From Kineococcus radiotolerans SRS30216 = ATCC BAA-149 (GTDB lineage: Bacteria > Actinomycetota > Actinomycetes > Actinomycetales > Kineococcaceae): a stretch of 32,000 nucleotides of DNA. Location: assembly GCF_000017305.1 (NCBI RefSeq), contig NC_009664.2, positions 2,430,001-2,462,000 of the forward strand. The letters run 5' to 3'. The translations under genes were made by a program, and so were the position numbers. Numbering within the stretch: the stretch's first letter is position 1; every line of letters begins with the position of its first letter. The notes under the pieces were generated by a model that saw only the letters and a program-made list of their open reading frames with translations, was not told the DNA's origin and ran no database searches. Shown piece by piece: positions 8,846 through 18,288 of the stretch.

Positions 8846-11800
8846 TGCCCGTCCTCCGGAGGCTCGGGGGGACCGGGGTCGGCCAGTCGGGCGTAGGCGC
8901 GGACGGCCTCGTCGGTGCGCACCTGCTCCCACTGCTCGCCGCGCGTCGTGGGGCAGACCCGGTCGTAGTCGCAGTACCGGCACGACTGCCAGCCACCGTA
9001 CGTCTCCGCGCCGGGATTGGCGGGGTAGGTGCCGGCGCGGATGCCGCCGACGGTGACGTCGAGGACGTCGAGGAAGCGCCGCTCCTGCTGCGGGCCCACC
9101 GCGGCACCACGCTGGGAGGAGTCGGGGGTGAACGTGTAGTACGCCTCCACCGCAGCGGCGGGGTTCCCCGTGAGGGAGCGGGCGGCCAGCGCGTACAGCG
9201 GCAACTGCAGGCGCCGGCCGCGGTCGGTGAGGTCGGTGTCGTCGGCGGCGGCCCCCCGCTTCGGGAACTCGCCGTAGCTGCTGGACTTCCCGCTCTTGTA
9301 GTCCTGCACCACGAGCCCGCCAGCCGCGGTGGCGTCGATCCGGTCGATGCGACCGCTCAACCGCAGCGCACCCTGCGTCGGCAGGTCGAGGACGAGGGCG
9401 TCCTCGTCGCCGAACGCTGCTTCCACAGCGATCGGCCAAGAACGCTCGGCTGCCCTCCGCGCGCTGTCAGCGGCCAGCAGGTCGGCCACCTGGCGGCGCA
9501 GCTCCCGCAGCTGCACCGGCCACAGCGCCGGGTGGCGGCCCAGCCCACCGCGCCGCTCCAGCCGGGCGACGTGGGTGTCGAGCAGGTCCAGCGCCGCCTG
9601 CACCTCCTCCGGCGTCCAAGCGGCGTCGGGAGAGCGGCCGGGTTGCTCGGGCGTGCCCAGGTGGGGTCGCAGGAACTCTTCGAGGACGTCGTGCAGCAGG
9701 GAACCCCGATCGGCGGGGCTGACGCTGTCGTGCTCGGCCGCCTCCTCCAGCCGCCCCACCCGCAGCACGTCCCGGAACAGGTGCCGCGCCGGGCAGGTCG
9801 CCCAGCGCTCCAGCGAGGTGGCCGAGTGCCCGCGGTCCACCCGTTCCCGCAGCCCCTCCGGCAGCTCCTCCGTCCCGCCCGTCCACGGCCCGAACTCCCC
9901 ACGCGCCCGCGCCCGCGCGGCGACCAGCCCCCGCTGCAACCGCGGGTCCGCAGCGGCCAGCTCGTCCACGGCCCCGGCCAGCACCGTGCGGGCCGCGTCG
10001 AGCTCGTGCACGGAGGTGAACTCCCCGCCGCGGTCCAGGGCGTCGACGAACGAGTCGTAGCTGCGCAGCCCCGGCAGGGCGCTGCCGGGGCTGTCCACCT
10101 CACCGGCGCCGACGGGGCGGCCGGCGCGCAGCGACGCCTGCTCCAGGAACCACGGGGAGGCGAACTGCCGCCGCTGGGTGCGGGAGTTCGCCCGCGCGCA
10201 GGACAGCACGATCTGCGGTGCGGTGCGCAGCGCCGCGCGCCAGGCGCGCTGCTCGTCGGCGCGGCGCGAGGCGAGCGTGGCCAGGTCGGGGGAGAGGAGC
10301 TCCCGGTCGGCGTCGCGCAGTACCGGGTGCTCGCGCTGGCGGGCCGGAGCGGCGTCCTCGCTCAGGCCGAGCACGAGCAGCAGGTCCAGGTCGGCGCCGG
10401 CGAACTCCCGCACCGGCCCGACGAGGATGCCGCGGCCCAGCACGGTGGCGCTGGGCGCCGCGGTCCCGAGCGCGTCGGTCACGGCATCGCGCACCGCGGC
10501 GGCGTCGGGTCCCTGACCAGTGGCGTCGAGCTGCGCCAGCGCTCCAAGGGCGGTGTCCACGGCGTCGTGGGCCTGCTGCTCCAGCTCCACGGCCCGCTGG
10601 AGGTCGGCCTCCGCGCGCAGCGTCCAGCCGTCGACGCTGCGGCGGTCACCCAGGCAGACCCGCAGCGCCACCCGCAGCGCCTCCGCCGCGTGCGCCCACG
10701 TCGGCGCGCCCAGCGCTGCTTCGGCCGCGGCGGCCAGCCCATCGAGCGTCAACCGCAGCGAGCGGGCCGCCGCGACCTGCCGGATGCTCTCCTCGTCGCC
10801 GGTGTGCCGCGGGCCCTGCTGCTCGAAGCGGTCCAGCCGCTGCCGCCAGGTGCTCAGGCCCCGGGTGGCGCCGGCGGTGCGGGAGACGCGTTCCCAGGTG
10901 GAGGCCGGCACGTACGTCCCGTCGGCGGTGAGCAGCGGCCCGCTGGCGAAGAACGCGGAGACGTCGGCGCGCGGGTAGCCGCGGCGGTGCAGCTCCAGCA
11001 AGCCGATCAGCGTGCGCCCGGCCACCGTCTGCGCCAGCGTCCGCTGCCCGGGGACGTGGTGCGGCAGACCGGCGGTGGACAGCTGCTCCGCCAGCAGCCG
11101 TGCGAAGGGCCGGGAGCTGGTGAAGGCGATGCCGATGCGGTCCGGGCGCGCCGGGTTCTCCTGCAGGTGCGCCAGCACCGACCGCACCGCCAGCCGCACC
11201 TCCTCCTCCGGGTCCGGGGCCACGACGAGGTCGACGTACGCGGTGGCGGCTCCTTCAGCCGGCGGTGCGACCTGCTGGCCGAGCAGTTCCGCGGCCCACG
11301 CGGTGTCCTGCGCGTCGCAGCACAGCACGCTGAGCCGGCCGGCGGCGTGCAGGGCCGCCAGCAGCCGGTCCTCCGCCCGGGTGCGCCGGCCGGGGGCCAC
11401 GAGAACGACGTGGGTGTCCGGTGCGCTGCCTGCGGCCAGCGCCTCGACGGCCACCTCCAGCAGCCGCGCCTCCGGTAGCGCGGCACCGAGGTGCCCGCGG
11501 TAGGCGCGGTGCAGCTCCAGCACCTCCTGCCCGCGCGCGCTCAGCGGTGCCCCGGTGTGCCCGTCCACCCCGGCGTCGTCGAGCTCGGCGGCCAGCCCCT
11601 CCAGCAGCTCGGCGGTGGCGCGGTGCCGGCCCGCGGCGGCCAGCGACCCCGGCGTCGGGTCCAGCCCGGCGATCGCGGCCCGCACGGCGATGGACCGGGC
11701 GGTGGAGGTGAGCACCGTGCGGGCCTCCTCCGCGCCCACGGCGAGGTGCCGGGCGCTCAGGCGCTCGGCGAGCTGCGGCAGGCTGGGGAAGCGGACGTTG

Positions 11801-11979
11801 GCCAGCCCGCCGCCAGCGGCCACCGCCCGGCGCAGGGTGACCCCGGCGAAGCTCGTCGGCACGACGACGTCGACGGGGGCCAGCGGGTCGTCGCGCTGGG
11901 CCTCGGCGATGAGCGTGCGCAGAGCGGTCACCGTCGGGGCGTCGCCGCCACGCACGACCACGCGTCCGGACGGAGCCAT
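8842..11979 (-). CDS. AddB/AdnA-like helicase-nuclease subunit (degenerate motor, Fe-S 'iron staple' nuclease)
   Basis: 1045 aa with no Walker A in the N-terminal half. C-terminus has the nuclease motif 'GRIDRIDATAAGGLVVQDYKSGK' plus the Cys pattern 'WATCPARHLF ... CRYCDYDRVCP' (C...CxxCx5C), as in AddB-type subunits. Confidence 0.85.
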   Translation of the reverse strand: MAPSGRVVVRGGDAPTVTALRTLIAEAQRDDPLAPVDVVVPTSFAGVTLRRAVAAGGGLANVRFPSLPQLAERLSARHLAVGAEEARTVLTSTARSIAVRAAIAGLDPTPGSLAAAGRHRATAELLEGLAAELDDAGVDGHTGAPLSARGQEVLELHRAYRGHLGAALPEARLLEVAVEALAAGSAPDTHVVLVAPGRRTRAEDRLLAALHAAGRLSVLCCDAQDTAWAAELLGQQVAPPAEGAATAYVDLVVAPDPEEEVRLAVRSVLAHLQENPARPDRIGIAFTSSRPFARLLAEQLSTAGLPHHVPGQRTLAQTVAGRTLIGLLELHRRGYPRADVSAFFASGPLLTADGTYVPASTWERVSRTAGATRGLSTWRQRLDRFEQQGPRHTGDEESIRQVAAARSLRLTLDGLAAAAEAALGAPTWAHAAEALRVALRVCLGDRRSVDGWTLRAEADLQRAVELEQQAHDAVDTALGALAQLDATGQGPDAAAVRDAVTDALGTAAPSATVLGRGILVGPVREFAGADLDLLLVLGLSEDAAPARQREHPVLRDADRELLSPDLATLASRRADEQRAWRAALRTAPQIVLSCARANSRTQRRQFASPWFLEQASLRAGRPVGAGEVDSPGSALPGLRSYDSFVDALDRGGEFTSVHELDAARTVLAGAVDELAAADPRLQRGLVAARARARGEFGPWTGGTEELPEGLRERVDRGHSATSLERWATCPARHLFRDVLRVGRLEEAAEHDSVSPADRGSLLHDVLEEFLRPHLGTPEQPGRSPDAAWTPEEVQAALDLLDTHVARLERRGGLGRHPALWPVQLRELRRQVADLLAADSARRAAERSWPIAVEAAFGDEDALVLDLPTQGALRLSGRIDRIDATAAGGLVVQDYKSGKSSSYGEFPKRGAAADDTDLTDRGRRLQLPLYALAARSLTGNPAAAVEAYYTFTPDSSQRGAAVGPQQERRFLDVLDVTVGGIRAGTYPANPGAETYGGWQSCRYCDYDRVCPTTRGEQWEQVRTDEAVRAYARLADPGPPEPPEDGQ

Positions 11980-12015
11980 GTACCGAAAGTAATCAGCGAT
12001 GAGCGCGCTGTCGAC

Positions 12016-13407
12016 TCACCGGGTGCCGCGGGCCAGCTCCTGCAGCGCCGCCGTGAAGGTGCCGTTCCAGGTGCTGAGGTGCGGCCACGCCGCCGCTACC
12101 CGCTGCGTCGCCTCCCGCGCCGACAACCCCTCCGAGCGCACCAGCCACGCCCGCAGCACCAGCCCGGTGCGGGAGGCGCCGGCGTGGCAGTGCACGAGGA
12201 CCGGTTTCCCCTCGGCGCGCAACGCGGCGACGTCGTCGAGCACGTCGTCGAGGACGGTGGCGATCTCGGAGTTGCTGTCGTCGTCGGTGAAGTAGGCGAA
12301 GCGCTGCACGTCGTGGCCGAACCGCCCCCCGGTGCGGCACAACGACACCACCGCGAAGTCGCGGTCGCTGCGGCGCGCGCCGTCGAGGTCGGACGCCCAC
12401 ACCCCGGGCGCGACCTCCCGGGGTTCCAGTCCCCGGGTGGGGGGCGGTTCGTGCAGGCGGGCGTGCCGGGTGCCGTCGAGGCGCACGGCGAGGAGCTGCA
12501 GGTCGCGCAGTTCCCACCTCCCCGGGAACCCGGGGACCCGCCCGTGCACGACGGACGTCCACCGGATCGGGATGCCGGTGATGCCCGCCCGCGCCCCGGC
12601 GAGCGCGCCGGTGACGCAGGCGACGGTGTCGGTGTCCCCGCCGAGGTCCACGACGAGACGCAGCGCCTCCTCGAACGTCGTGGAACCCCGCAGCGCCCAC
12701 AGCGCCGACCCCAGCGTCGGCCACACCGCCCCGTTGGCCTCGGTGGCGTCCGCCGGGGTCCAGGCCGGGTCGCAGACCTGCGCCCACTTCGCGCGGTGCG
12801 GTTCGGCCACCAGGGGGAGGGCGTCAGCGACGGCGTCGTCGGCGTCCCCGCCGTCGAGCAGCACCCGCAGCACCTCGTAGAAGATCGCGCACCCCTCCCC
12901 GGCCGCGGGGTCGCCGTGGGTGAGGGCGCTGATCCGCCGCGCCGCGTCCGTGCTCGCCGCCCGACCCCGCGGGGCGAAGAACACCGCGGCCGGGGTGGTG
13001 CGCATGAGCGAGCCGTTGCCCGCCGCGCGGTGCCCGGCGCGGACGTGCTCCGCGGCGGCGGTGTCCCACGGGTGGCCGGAGCGCAGCACCGCGGAGGTCT
13101 GGATCCCGATGTCGGGCGGGTCGGCCTGCGCCCACCGCTGGAACCGCGCGAAGACGTCGGCTTCGTCCAGCCCGTCGTGCTCCACCAGCGACTGCCCGAG
13201 CAGCAGGGCCATCTGCGTGTCGTCGGTGAACTCCCCGGGCGCCCAGCCCAGCGTCCCGCCGCCGCACATCTCGGTGTCGACCCCGCGGGCGGGGCTGGGG
13301 AAGCGGGTGCTGAACGCGCCCGGTGGGCCGAACTCGAAGGGGGCGCCAAGGGCGTCGCCGACGGCGGAACCCACGATCGCGCCCATCACCCGGTGCTGCC
13401 GGTCCAC
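12016..13407 (-). CDS. ADP-ribosylglycohydrolase (ARH/DraG family) fused to a dual-specificity/Cys-based phosphatase domain
   Basis: Only the last 463 aa of the 965-aa track ORF are credible. GTG at 13407 is preceded by GAGGAGG. ARH motifs: 'GAIVGSAVGDALGAPFEF' and 'DLGGDTDTVACVTGALAGARAG'. C-terminal CX5R P-loop: 'VLVHCHAGASRTG'. Confidence 0.85.
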   Translation of the reverse strand: MDRQHRVMGAIVGSAVGDALGAPFEFGPPGAFSTRFPSPARGVDTEMCGGGTLGWAPGEFTDDTQMALLLGQSLVEHDGLDEADVFARFQRWAQADPPDIGIQTSAVLRSGHPWDTAAAEHVRAGHRAAGNGSLMRTTPAAVFFAPRGRAASTDAARRISALTHGDPAAGEGCAIFYEVLRVLLDGGDADDAVADALPLVAEPHRAKWAQVCDPAWTPADATEANGAVWPTLGSALWALRGSTTFEEALRLVVDLGGDTDTVACVTGALAGARAGITGIPIRWTSVVHGRVPGFPGRWELRDLQLLAVRLDGTRHARLHEPPPTRGLEPREVAPGVWASDLDGARRSDRDFAVVSLCRTGGRFGHDVQRFAYFTDDDSNSEIATVLDDVLDDVAALRAEGKPVLVHCHAGASRTGLVLRAWLVRSEGLSAREATQRVAAAWPHLSTWNGTFTAALQELARGTR

Positions 13408-13588
13408 GGGACCTCCTCGATCGGCGGGACACGTCCACCCCAGGTTGCCGCACGTCGTGCGGGGGTGGCCCAGCGGGCGCCGGGTACAGCCAGCACCACC
13501 TCGTTCGGGTAGCCGAGGGGATGGGACGGACCGGCCGCGAGAACCACGATGGATCACGTCAACCACCCCGCCGTTCCCAGGAGTCGTC

Positions 13589-13822
13589 GTGAAGGACCCG
13601 TACGCGATCGAGAACCCCGCGGACCGCCGTGGAGCCGTCCCGCCGCCCCCCGCCCCGACCCGTTCCCGCCCGCTCTGGGCGTGGGTCCTGCTGGTCGTCG
13701 GTCTGCTCGTCAACGTCGCCGGATCGGCCGGGACGCTGCCGCTGGCCGTCGGGGTGACCGGCGGGGTGACCGCCCTCGGCGGCATCGTCGGCCTGGTCAC
13801 CGCCCGCCGGTCCCGCCGGTGA
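13589..13822 (+). CDS. Small membrane protein (two predicted TM helices), hypothetical
   Basis: GTG at 13589 follows AGGAG. 77 aa with hydrophobic segments 'LWAWVLLVVGLLVNVAG' and 'LAVGVTGGVTALGGIVGLV'. Its stop overlaps the GTG of the ABC ATPase (GTGA at 13819-13822). Confidence 0.45.
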   Translation: MKDPYAIENPADRRGAVPPPPAPTRSRPLWAWVLLVVGLLVNVAGSAGTLPLAVGVTGGVTALGGIVGLVTARRSRR

Positions 13823-14565
13823 ACGCGCTCCCGCAGCAGCTCCGGCGGTCCGCCCCGGCCCTGGATCCGGTCGGGGCGGAACCTCTCGCGGTGGAACTGG
13901 ACCACGTCACCCGCGCCCACCCCGGGGGGATCGTCGCCCTGCGCGACGTCTCGCTGCGGGTGCCGCGCGGGCAGTTCCTGGCCGTCACCGGGTCCTCCGG
14001 TTCCGGCAAGAGCACGCTGCTGCAGTGCGCCGCGGGCCTCGACGTCCCCACCAGCGGCCGCGTCCGCCTCGCCGGCACCGACCTGACCGGGCTCGGCGAG
14101 ACCGCCCGCACCCGGTTGCGCCGCGACCGCGTCGGGTTCGTGTTCCAGGCCTACAACCTGCTGCCCGCGCTCACCGTCGCCGACAACATCACCCTGCCGC
14201 TGCGACTCGCCGGGCGCGCCCCGGACGTCGAGCGGGTCCGCCGGCTCGTCGACCGCGTCGGGCTGGGCGACCGGCTCGGGCACCACCCGGCGGAACTGTC
14301 CGGCGGTCAGCAGCAGCGGGCGGCCATCGTCCGCGCCCTGGTCACCGACCCCGCCGTGGTCTTCGCCGACGAACCCACCGGGGCGCTGGACCCGCGCACG
14401 GGCGCCGCGGTGCTGGACCTGCTGCGCGACCTGGTCACCGAGCTCGGGCAGACCGTCGTCATGGTCACCCACGACCCCGCCGCCGCCTCCCGCGCCCACC
14501 GCACGCTCGTGGTCGAGGACGGCCGCATCACCGACGACCGCACCACCGACGACGAGGGGAACTGA
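13819..14565 (+). CDS. ABC transporter ATP-binding protein (MacB/LolD-like)
   Basis: Walker A 'GSSGSGKST', Q-loop 'GFVFQ', signature 'LSGGQQQR', Walker B 'VVFADEPTGALD' and H-loop 'VMVTHD'. Confidence 0.9.
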   Translation: MNALPQQLRRSAPALDPVGAEPLAVELDHVTRAHPGGIVALRDVSLRVPRGQFLAVTGSSGSGKSTLLQCAAGLDVPTSGRVRLAGTDLTGLGETARTRLRRDRVGFVFQAYNLLPALTVADNITLPLRLAGRAPDVERVRRLVDRVGLGDRLGHHPAELSGGQQQRAAIVRALVTDPAVVFADEPTGALDPRTGAAVLDLLRDLVTELGQTVVMVTHDPAAASRAHRTLVVEDGRITDDRTTDDEGN

Positions 14566-14566
14566 C

Positions 14567-17035
14567 GTGCTGCGCCTGTGCCTGACCCTGCTGCGCCACC
14601 GGATCCCCGCCATGGTGGCCGTTGCCTGCGCCCTGTTCGGCGCGGCGCTGCTGCTGACCGCCACCGGGGTCCTGGCCGAGACCGGGGTCCGCTCGCACCT
14701 GCCCGTCGGCCGGCTCGCCGCCGCCGACGTGGTCGTCTCCGCCGAGCAGTCCCTGCCCACGGCCGAGGACGTCGACGTCGCCCTGCCCGAACGGGTGGGT
14801 GTCCCCGCCGCTCTCGCGGACCGGCTGGCGCAGGTCCCCGGCGTCCGGGCCGCGGTGGCGGACGTGTCCTTCCCGCTCGCGGTGGTCGGCCCCGGCGGAC
14901 GGGTCGTCGCCACCTCCGGTCACGGGGAGTCCTCCGCCGCCCGCAGCGGGGACGCGCTCCCCGCCCTCGACGGTGACCGGGTCGCGCTCGCCGCCGACGT
15001 CGCCGCGGCGGCCGGGGTGCGGGTGGGGGACGAGGTGACGTTGCGCGTCGCCGGCCGGGACCGCCCCGCGCGGGTCGCCGCCCTCGCCGCCGCCCCCGCC
15101 ACCGGGGTCCTCCTCGACGACGCCGCCGTCGAGGCCGTCGCTGGTCCCGGGCGCGCCGACCTCGTCGGGGTGCGGGTCGAGGACGGCCGGGCCGATGAGG
15201 TCGCGGCCGCCGTCCGCACCCTGCTCGCCCGCGAGGACGCCGGGTCGAGGTTCGTCGTGGCCACCGGCGCCGCCCGCGGCGACGCGACCCTGCCCTCCGC
15301 GGGGGCGCAGCGGGGCACGCTGGTGGTCCTGGCCTCCTCGATGGGCGGGGTCCCGCTGGTCGTCGTCGGTCTCGTCGTCGCCGGCGCGCTGGGCACCGTC
15401 GTCGCGACCCAGCGGCGCGACCTGGCGCTGCTGCGCGCGGTCGGCACCACCCCGCGGCAGGTGCGGTCCCTGGTCGCCGGGCAGGCCACCCTGGTCGGGA
15501 CCGCCGCCGCGCTGCCCGGGATCCTGCTGGGGTACCTCCTCGCCGGGCGTTCGCTGGACCTGCTCGCCGCCGGTGGTCTCGTCCCGCCCGACCTGCCGCT
15601 CGCCCTCAGCCCGCTCCCGGCGCTGGCGGCCCTGCTCGTCGTGGCCCTGATCGCCCAGGGCGCCGGCCGGTGGGCGGCGCGGGGCACCTCCCGCGCCCCG
15701 CTGGCCGAGGTCCTCGCCGAGTCCACCTCCGGTCCCCGGACGCCCTCGCGCCCGAGGACGCTCGTCGGCCTGGTCCTCGTCGCGGCCTCGATCCCCCTGG
15801 CCGCGCCGCCGCTGTTCTCCGGCACGCTCGACGCCGCGGCCGGCACGGCGCTCGCGGGCATGGTCGCGGCCGTCGGGATCGCGCTGGCCGGGCCGGACCT
15901 GCTGCGCCGCGGCAGCGAGCTCCTCGTCCGTCGCGGCGGTTTCCGCCGGGGCAGCGCCCACCGCTCGGTGACGTCGTGGCTGGCGGTGCAGAACCTGCGC
16001 GGGAACCTCGTCCGCTCGGCGGGCACGACGACCGCGCTGACGGCCACGGTGGTGTTCGCCCTGACGTACACCCTGACCCAGACGACCGTCCTGGCCGCCG
16101 CGACCCGCGACACCGCGGCGGCGACCGCCGGCACCCGGACCGTCACCGCCGTCGGCGGGGTGGGGGACGACCTGCTCGACGCCGTCACCGCCGTCCCGGG
16201 GGTCCGCGCAGCCGCCGTCGGCGACACGAGCGTGGTGCTGGGCCGGACGGTGCTGGGCGAGCCCGAGGTGGAGGCCGAACCCGCGCTCGTCCTGGGCCCG
16301 GGCGCCGGGAGGGTCCTCGACCTCGGTGTCACCGACGGAACCCTCGACGACCTCACGGGGAGCACCGCCGCGCTGGGCGAGGCGGCCGCCCGGTTCCTGC
16401 GCGTCGGGGTGGGGAGCTCGGTGCCGCTGCGGTTGGGCGACGGGACGGAGACCACGGTCCGCGTCGTCGCCGTCCACTCCCGCGGCGGGGGGCTCGGCGA
16501 GGTCGCGCTGCCGGCCGACCTGGTGCGGGACCACACGTCCGGGCGCCTCCCCGACCGGCTGCTGGTGCGCACCGACGGCGCGGCGGCCGACCGGGCGCTG
16601 GCCGCGGTCCTGCGGAACCGCCCGGGGGTGGAACTGGCGGGAACCACCACGTCGATCGCCGTCCCGGCCAACACCGTGCTGAACTTCGCCGTTCTCGGGA
16701 TCCTCGTCGCGTACCTGCTGCTCGGAGTGGTCAACACCCTCGTCGCCTCCACCACGGCCCGGCGCGGCGAGTTCGAGGCCCTGCGCCACGCCGGTGCCAC
16801 CCCCGGGCAGGTCCGGGTCGCGGTGCGGCGGGAGAACGTGTGGCTCGCCGCGGCCGCGGTGCTCGCCGGGATCGCCGTCTCGGTGGTCCCGCTGGCGCTG
16901 CTGGGGGTCGGTTTCCTCGGTCGCCCGTGGGCGGCGGGGCCCTGGTGGTTCCCGGTGGCCACCGTCGCCGTCGTGGTGGCGGTCGCGCTGCCGGCGGTGG
17001 AGCTGTCGGCCCGGCGCACGCTGCGCCGGGCCTGA
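14567..17035 (+). CDS. ABC transporter permease, double FtsX/MacB-type
   Basis: 822 aa, starting 1 nt after the ATPase stop. Contains multiple hydrophobic helices and two FtsX-like blocks (e.g. 'RRDLALLRAVGTTPRQVRSLV' and 'RRGEFEALRHAGATPGQVRVAV'). Confidence 0.85.
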   Translation: MLRLCLTLLRHRIPAMVAVACALFGAALLLTATGVLAETGVRSHLPVGRLAAADVVVSAEQSLPTAEDVDVALPERVGVPAALADRLAQVPGVRAAVADVSFPLAVVGPGGRVVATSGHGESSAARSGDALPALDGDRVALAADVAAAAGVRVGDEVTLRVAGRDRPARVAALAAAPATGVLLDDAAVEAVAGPGRADLVGVRVEDGRADEVAAAVRTLLAREDAGSRFVVATGAARGDATLPSAGAQRGTLVVLASSMGGVPLVVVGLVVAGALGTVVATQRRDLALLRAVGTTPRQVRSLVAGQATLVGTAAALPGILLGYLLAGRSLDLLAAGGLVPPDLPLALSPLPALAALLVVALIAQGAGRWAARGTSRAPLAEVLAESTSGPRTPSRPRTLVGLVLVAASIPLAAPPLFSGTLDAAAGTALAGMVAAVGIALAGPDLLRRGSELLVRRGGFRRGSAHRSVTSWLAVQNLRGNLVRSAGTTTALTATVVFALTYTLTQTTVLAAATRDTAAATAGTRTVTAVGGVGDDLLDAVTAVPGVRAAAVGDTSVVLGRTVLGEPEVEAEPALVLGPGAGRVLDLGVTDGTLDDLTGSTAALGEAAARFLRVGVGSSVPLRLGDGTETTVRVVAVHSRGGGLGEVALPADLVRDHTSGRLPDRLLVRTDGAAADRALAAVLRNRPGVELAGTTTSIAVPANTVLNFAVLGILVAYLLLGVVNTLVASTTARRGEFEALRHAGATPGQVRVAVRRENVWLAAAAVLAGIAVSVVPLALLGVGFLGRPWAAGPWWFPVATVAVVVAVALPAVELSARRTLRRA

Positions 17036-17038
17036 GGC

Positions 17039-18259
17039 TCACCAGTCGTGCACGGTCCCGTCCGCCAGCCGGTTCACCGGCAGGTACGCCGGGTCGTAGG
17101 GGTGGGCCGCGGCGAGCTCCTCGTCGTAGTCCACGCCGATCCCCGGCGCCTCACCCGGGTGCAGGTGGCCGTCGGTGAACGTGTAGGCGTGCCGGAACAC
17201 CTCGTTCGTGGCGTCGGTGTGCCCGGAGTACTCCTGGATCCCGAAGTTGTGCACGGCGAGGTCGAGGTGGATCGCGGCGGCCATGCCGACGGGGGAGATG
17301 TCCTCCGGTCCGTGGATGGCGCTCTTGACCTGGTGCTGGGCGGCGAAGTCGAACAGCTTCCGCAGCGCGGAGACGCCGCCGAAGTGGGTCACCGCGGAGC
17401 GGGCGTAGTCGATGAGCTGCTCGGCGATGAGGGTCTGGTAGTCGAAGACGGTGTTGAACACCTCGCCCACGGCCAGCGGGGTGGTGGTGTGGTGGCGGAC
17501 GAGGCGGAACGCCTCCTGGTTCTCCGCCGGGGTGCAGTCCTCCAGCCAGAACAGGTCGTAGCGCTCGACGTCCTTGCCCAGCTTCGCGGCCTGCAGCGGG
17601 GTGAGGCGGTGGTGGGCGTCGTGCAGCAGGGGCAGTTCCGGGCCGAACTCGTTCCGGACCGCTTCCAGCACGGTCGGCAGGTGGCGCAGGTAGGCGGGGG
17701 TGTCCCAGTCCTCCACGACGGGCACGGCCCGCTGGTCCAAGCGGGTGGGGTTGTGGGCGATGGCCTCGCCGGTGTGCACGCCGTAGACCTTCCGCAGCCC
17801 GGGGACGCCGGTCTGGACCCGGATCGCCTGGTACCCCTCGGCCTGCCGGGCGCGGACGGAGTCGAGGAGTTCGGGGATGTCGCGGCCGTTGGCGTGCCCG
17901 TAGGTGCGGACCCGCTCGCGCGAGGCGCCGCCGAGCAACTGGTACAGCGGGAGGTTGGCGACCTTGGCCTTGATGTCCCACAGGGCGACGTCGACGGCGG
18001 CGATCGCGGCCATCGTCACCGGCCCGCGCCGCCAGTACGCCCCCCGGTACAGCGACTGCCAGGTGTCCTCGATGCGGTGCGGGTCGGTGCCCAGCAGCAG
18101 GGGGACGACGTGCTCGCGCAGGTAGGCGACGACGGCCTGCTCACGGCCGTTGAGGGTCGCGTCGCCGAGGCCGGTGACCCCCTCGTCGGTGGTGATCCTC
18201 AGGGTGACGAAGTTGCGGCCGGGGCAGGTGACGAGGACGGTCGCGTCGACGATCTTCAC
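17039..18259 (-). CDS. manD: Enolase-superfamily D-mannonate dehydratase (ManD/GalD-like subgroup)
   Basis: The track ORF is trimmed to the GTG at 18259 (AGGAG upstream). '[39 protein letters not shown]' and '[25 protein letters not shown]' match the ManD subgroup closely. Confidence 0.9.
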   Translation of the reverse strand: MKIVDATVLVTCPGRNFVTLRITTDEGVTGLGDATLNGREQAVVAYLREHVVPLLLGTDPHRIEDTWQSLYRGAYWRRGPVTMAAIAAVDVALWDIKAKVANLPLYQLLGGASRERVRTYGHANGRDIPELLDSVRARQAEGYQAIRVQTGVPGLRKVYGVHTGEAIAHNPTRLDQRAVPVVEDWDTPAYLRHLPTVLEAVRNEFGPELPLLHDAHHRLTPLQAAKLGKDVERYDLFWLEDCTPAENQEAFRLVRHHTTTPLAVGEVFNTVFDYQTLIAEQLIDYARSAVTHFGGVSALRKLFDFAAQHQVKSAIHGPEDISPVGMAAAIHLDLAVHNFGIQEYSGHTDATNEVFRHAYTFTDGHLHPGEAPGIGVDYDEELAAAHPYDPAYLPVNRLADGTVHDW

Positions 18260-18288
18260 GGTTCTCCTGGAGCTCGGGGTTGCGGGCC

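Noticed and set aside
5492-13512. Long plus-strand ORFs (5492-8437, 8740-11478, 11491-13512) antisense to the helicase-nuclease and ARH genes
   Set aside because: These are low-complexity R/G/P/A-rich shadow ORFs. The minus-strand frames carry complete UvrD, AddB and ARH motif sets.
13408-14913. N-terminal 500-aa extension of the 965-aa minus-strand ORF (12016-14913)
   Set aside because: The extension is antisense to the well-supported ABC ATPase gene and reads as low-complexity sequence. A GTG with a GAGGAGG RBS at 13407 gives a normal ARH N-terminus.
14528-17178. 753-aa and 699-aa minus-strand ORFs and a 502-aa plus-strand ORF across the ABC permease
   Set aside because: These are Arg/Gly/Pro-rich antisense or off-frame shadows of the FtsX permease gene.
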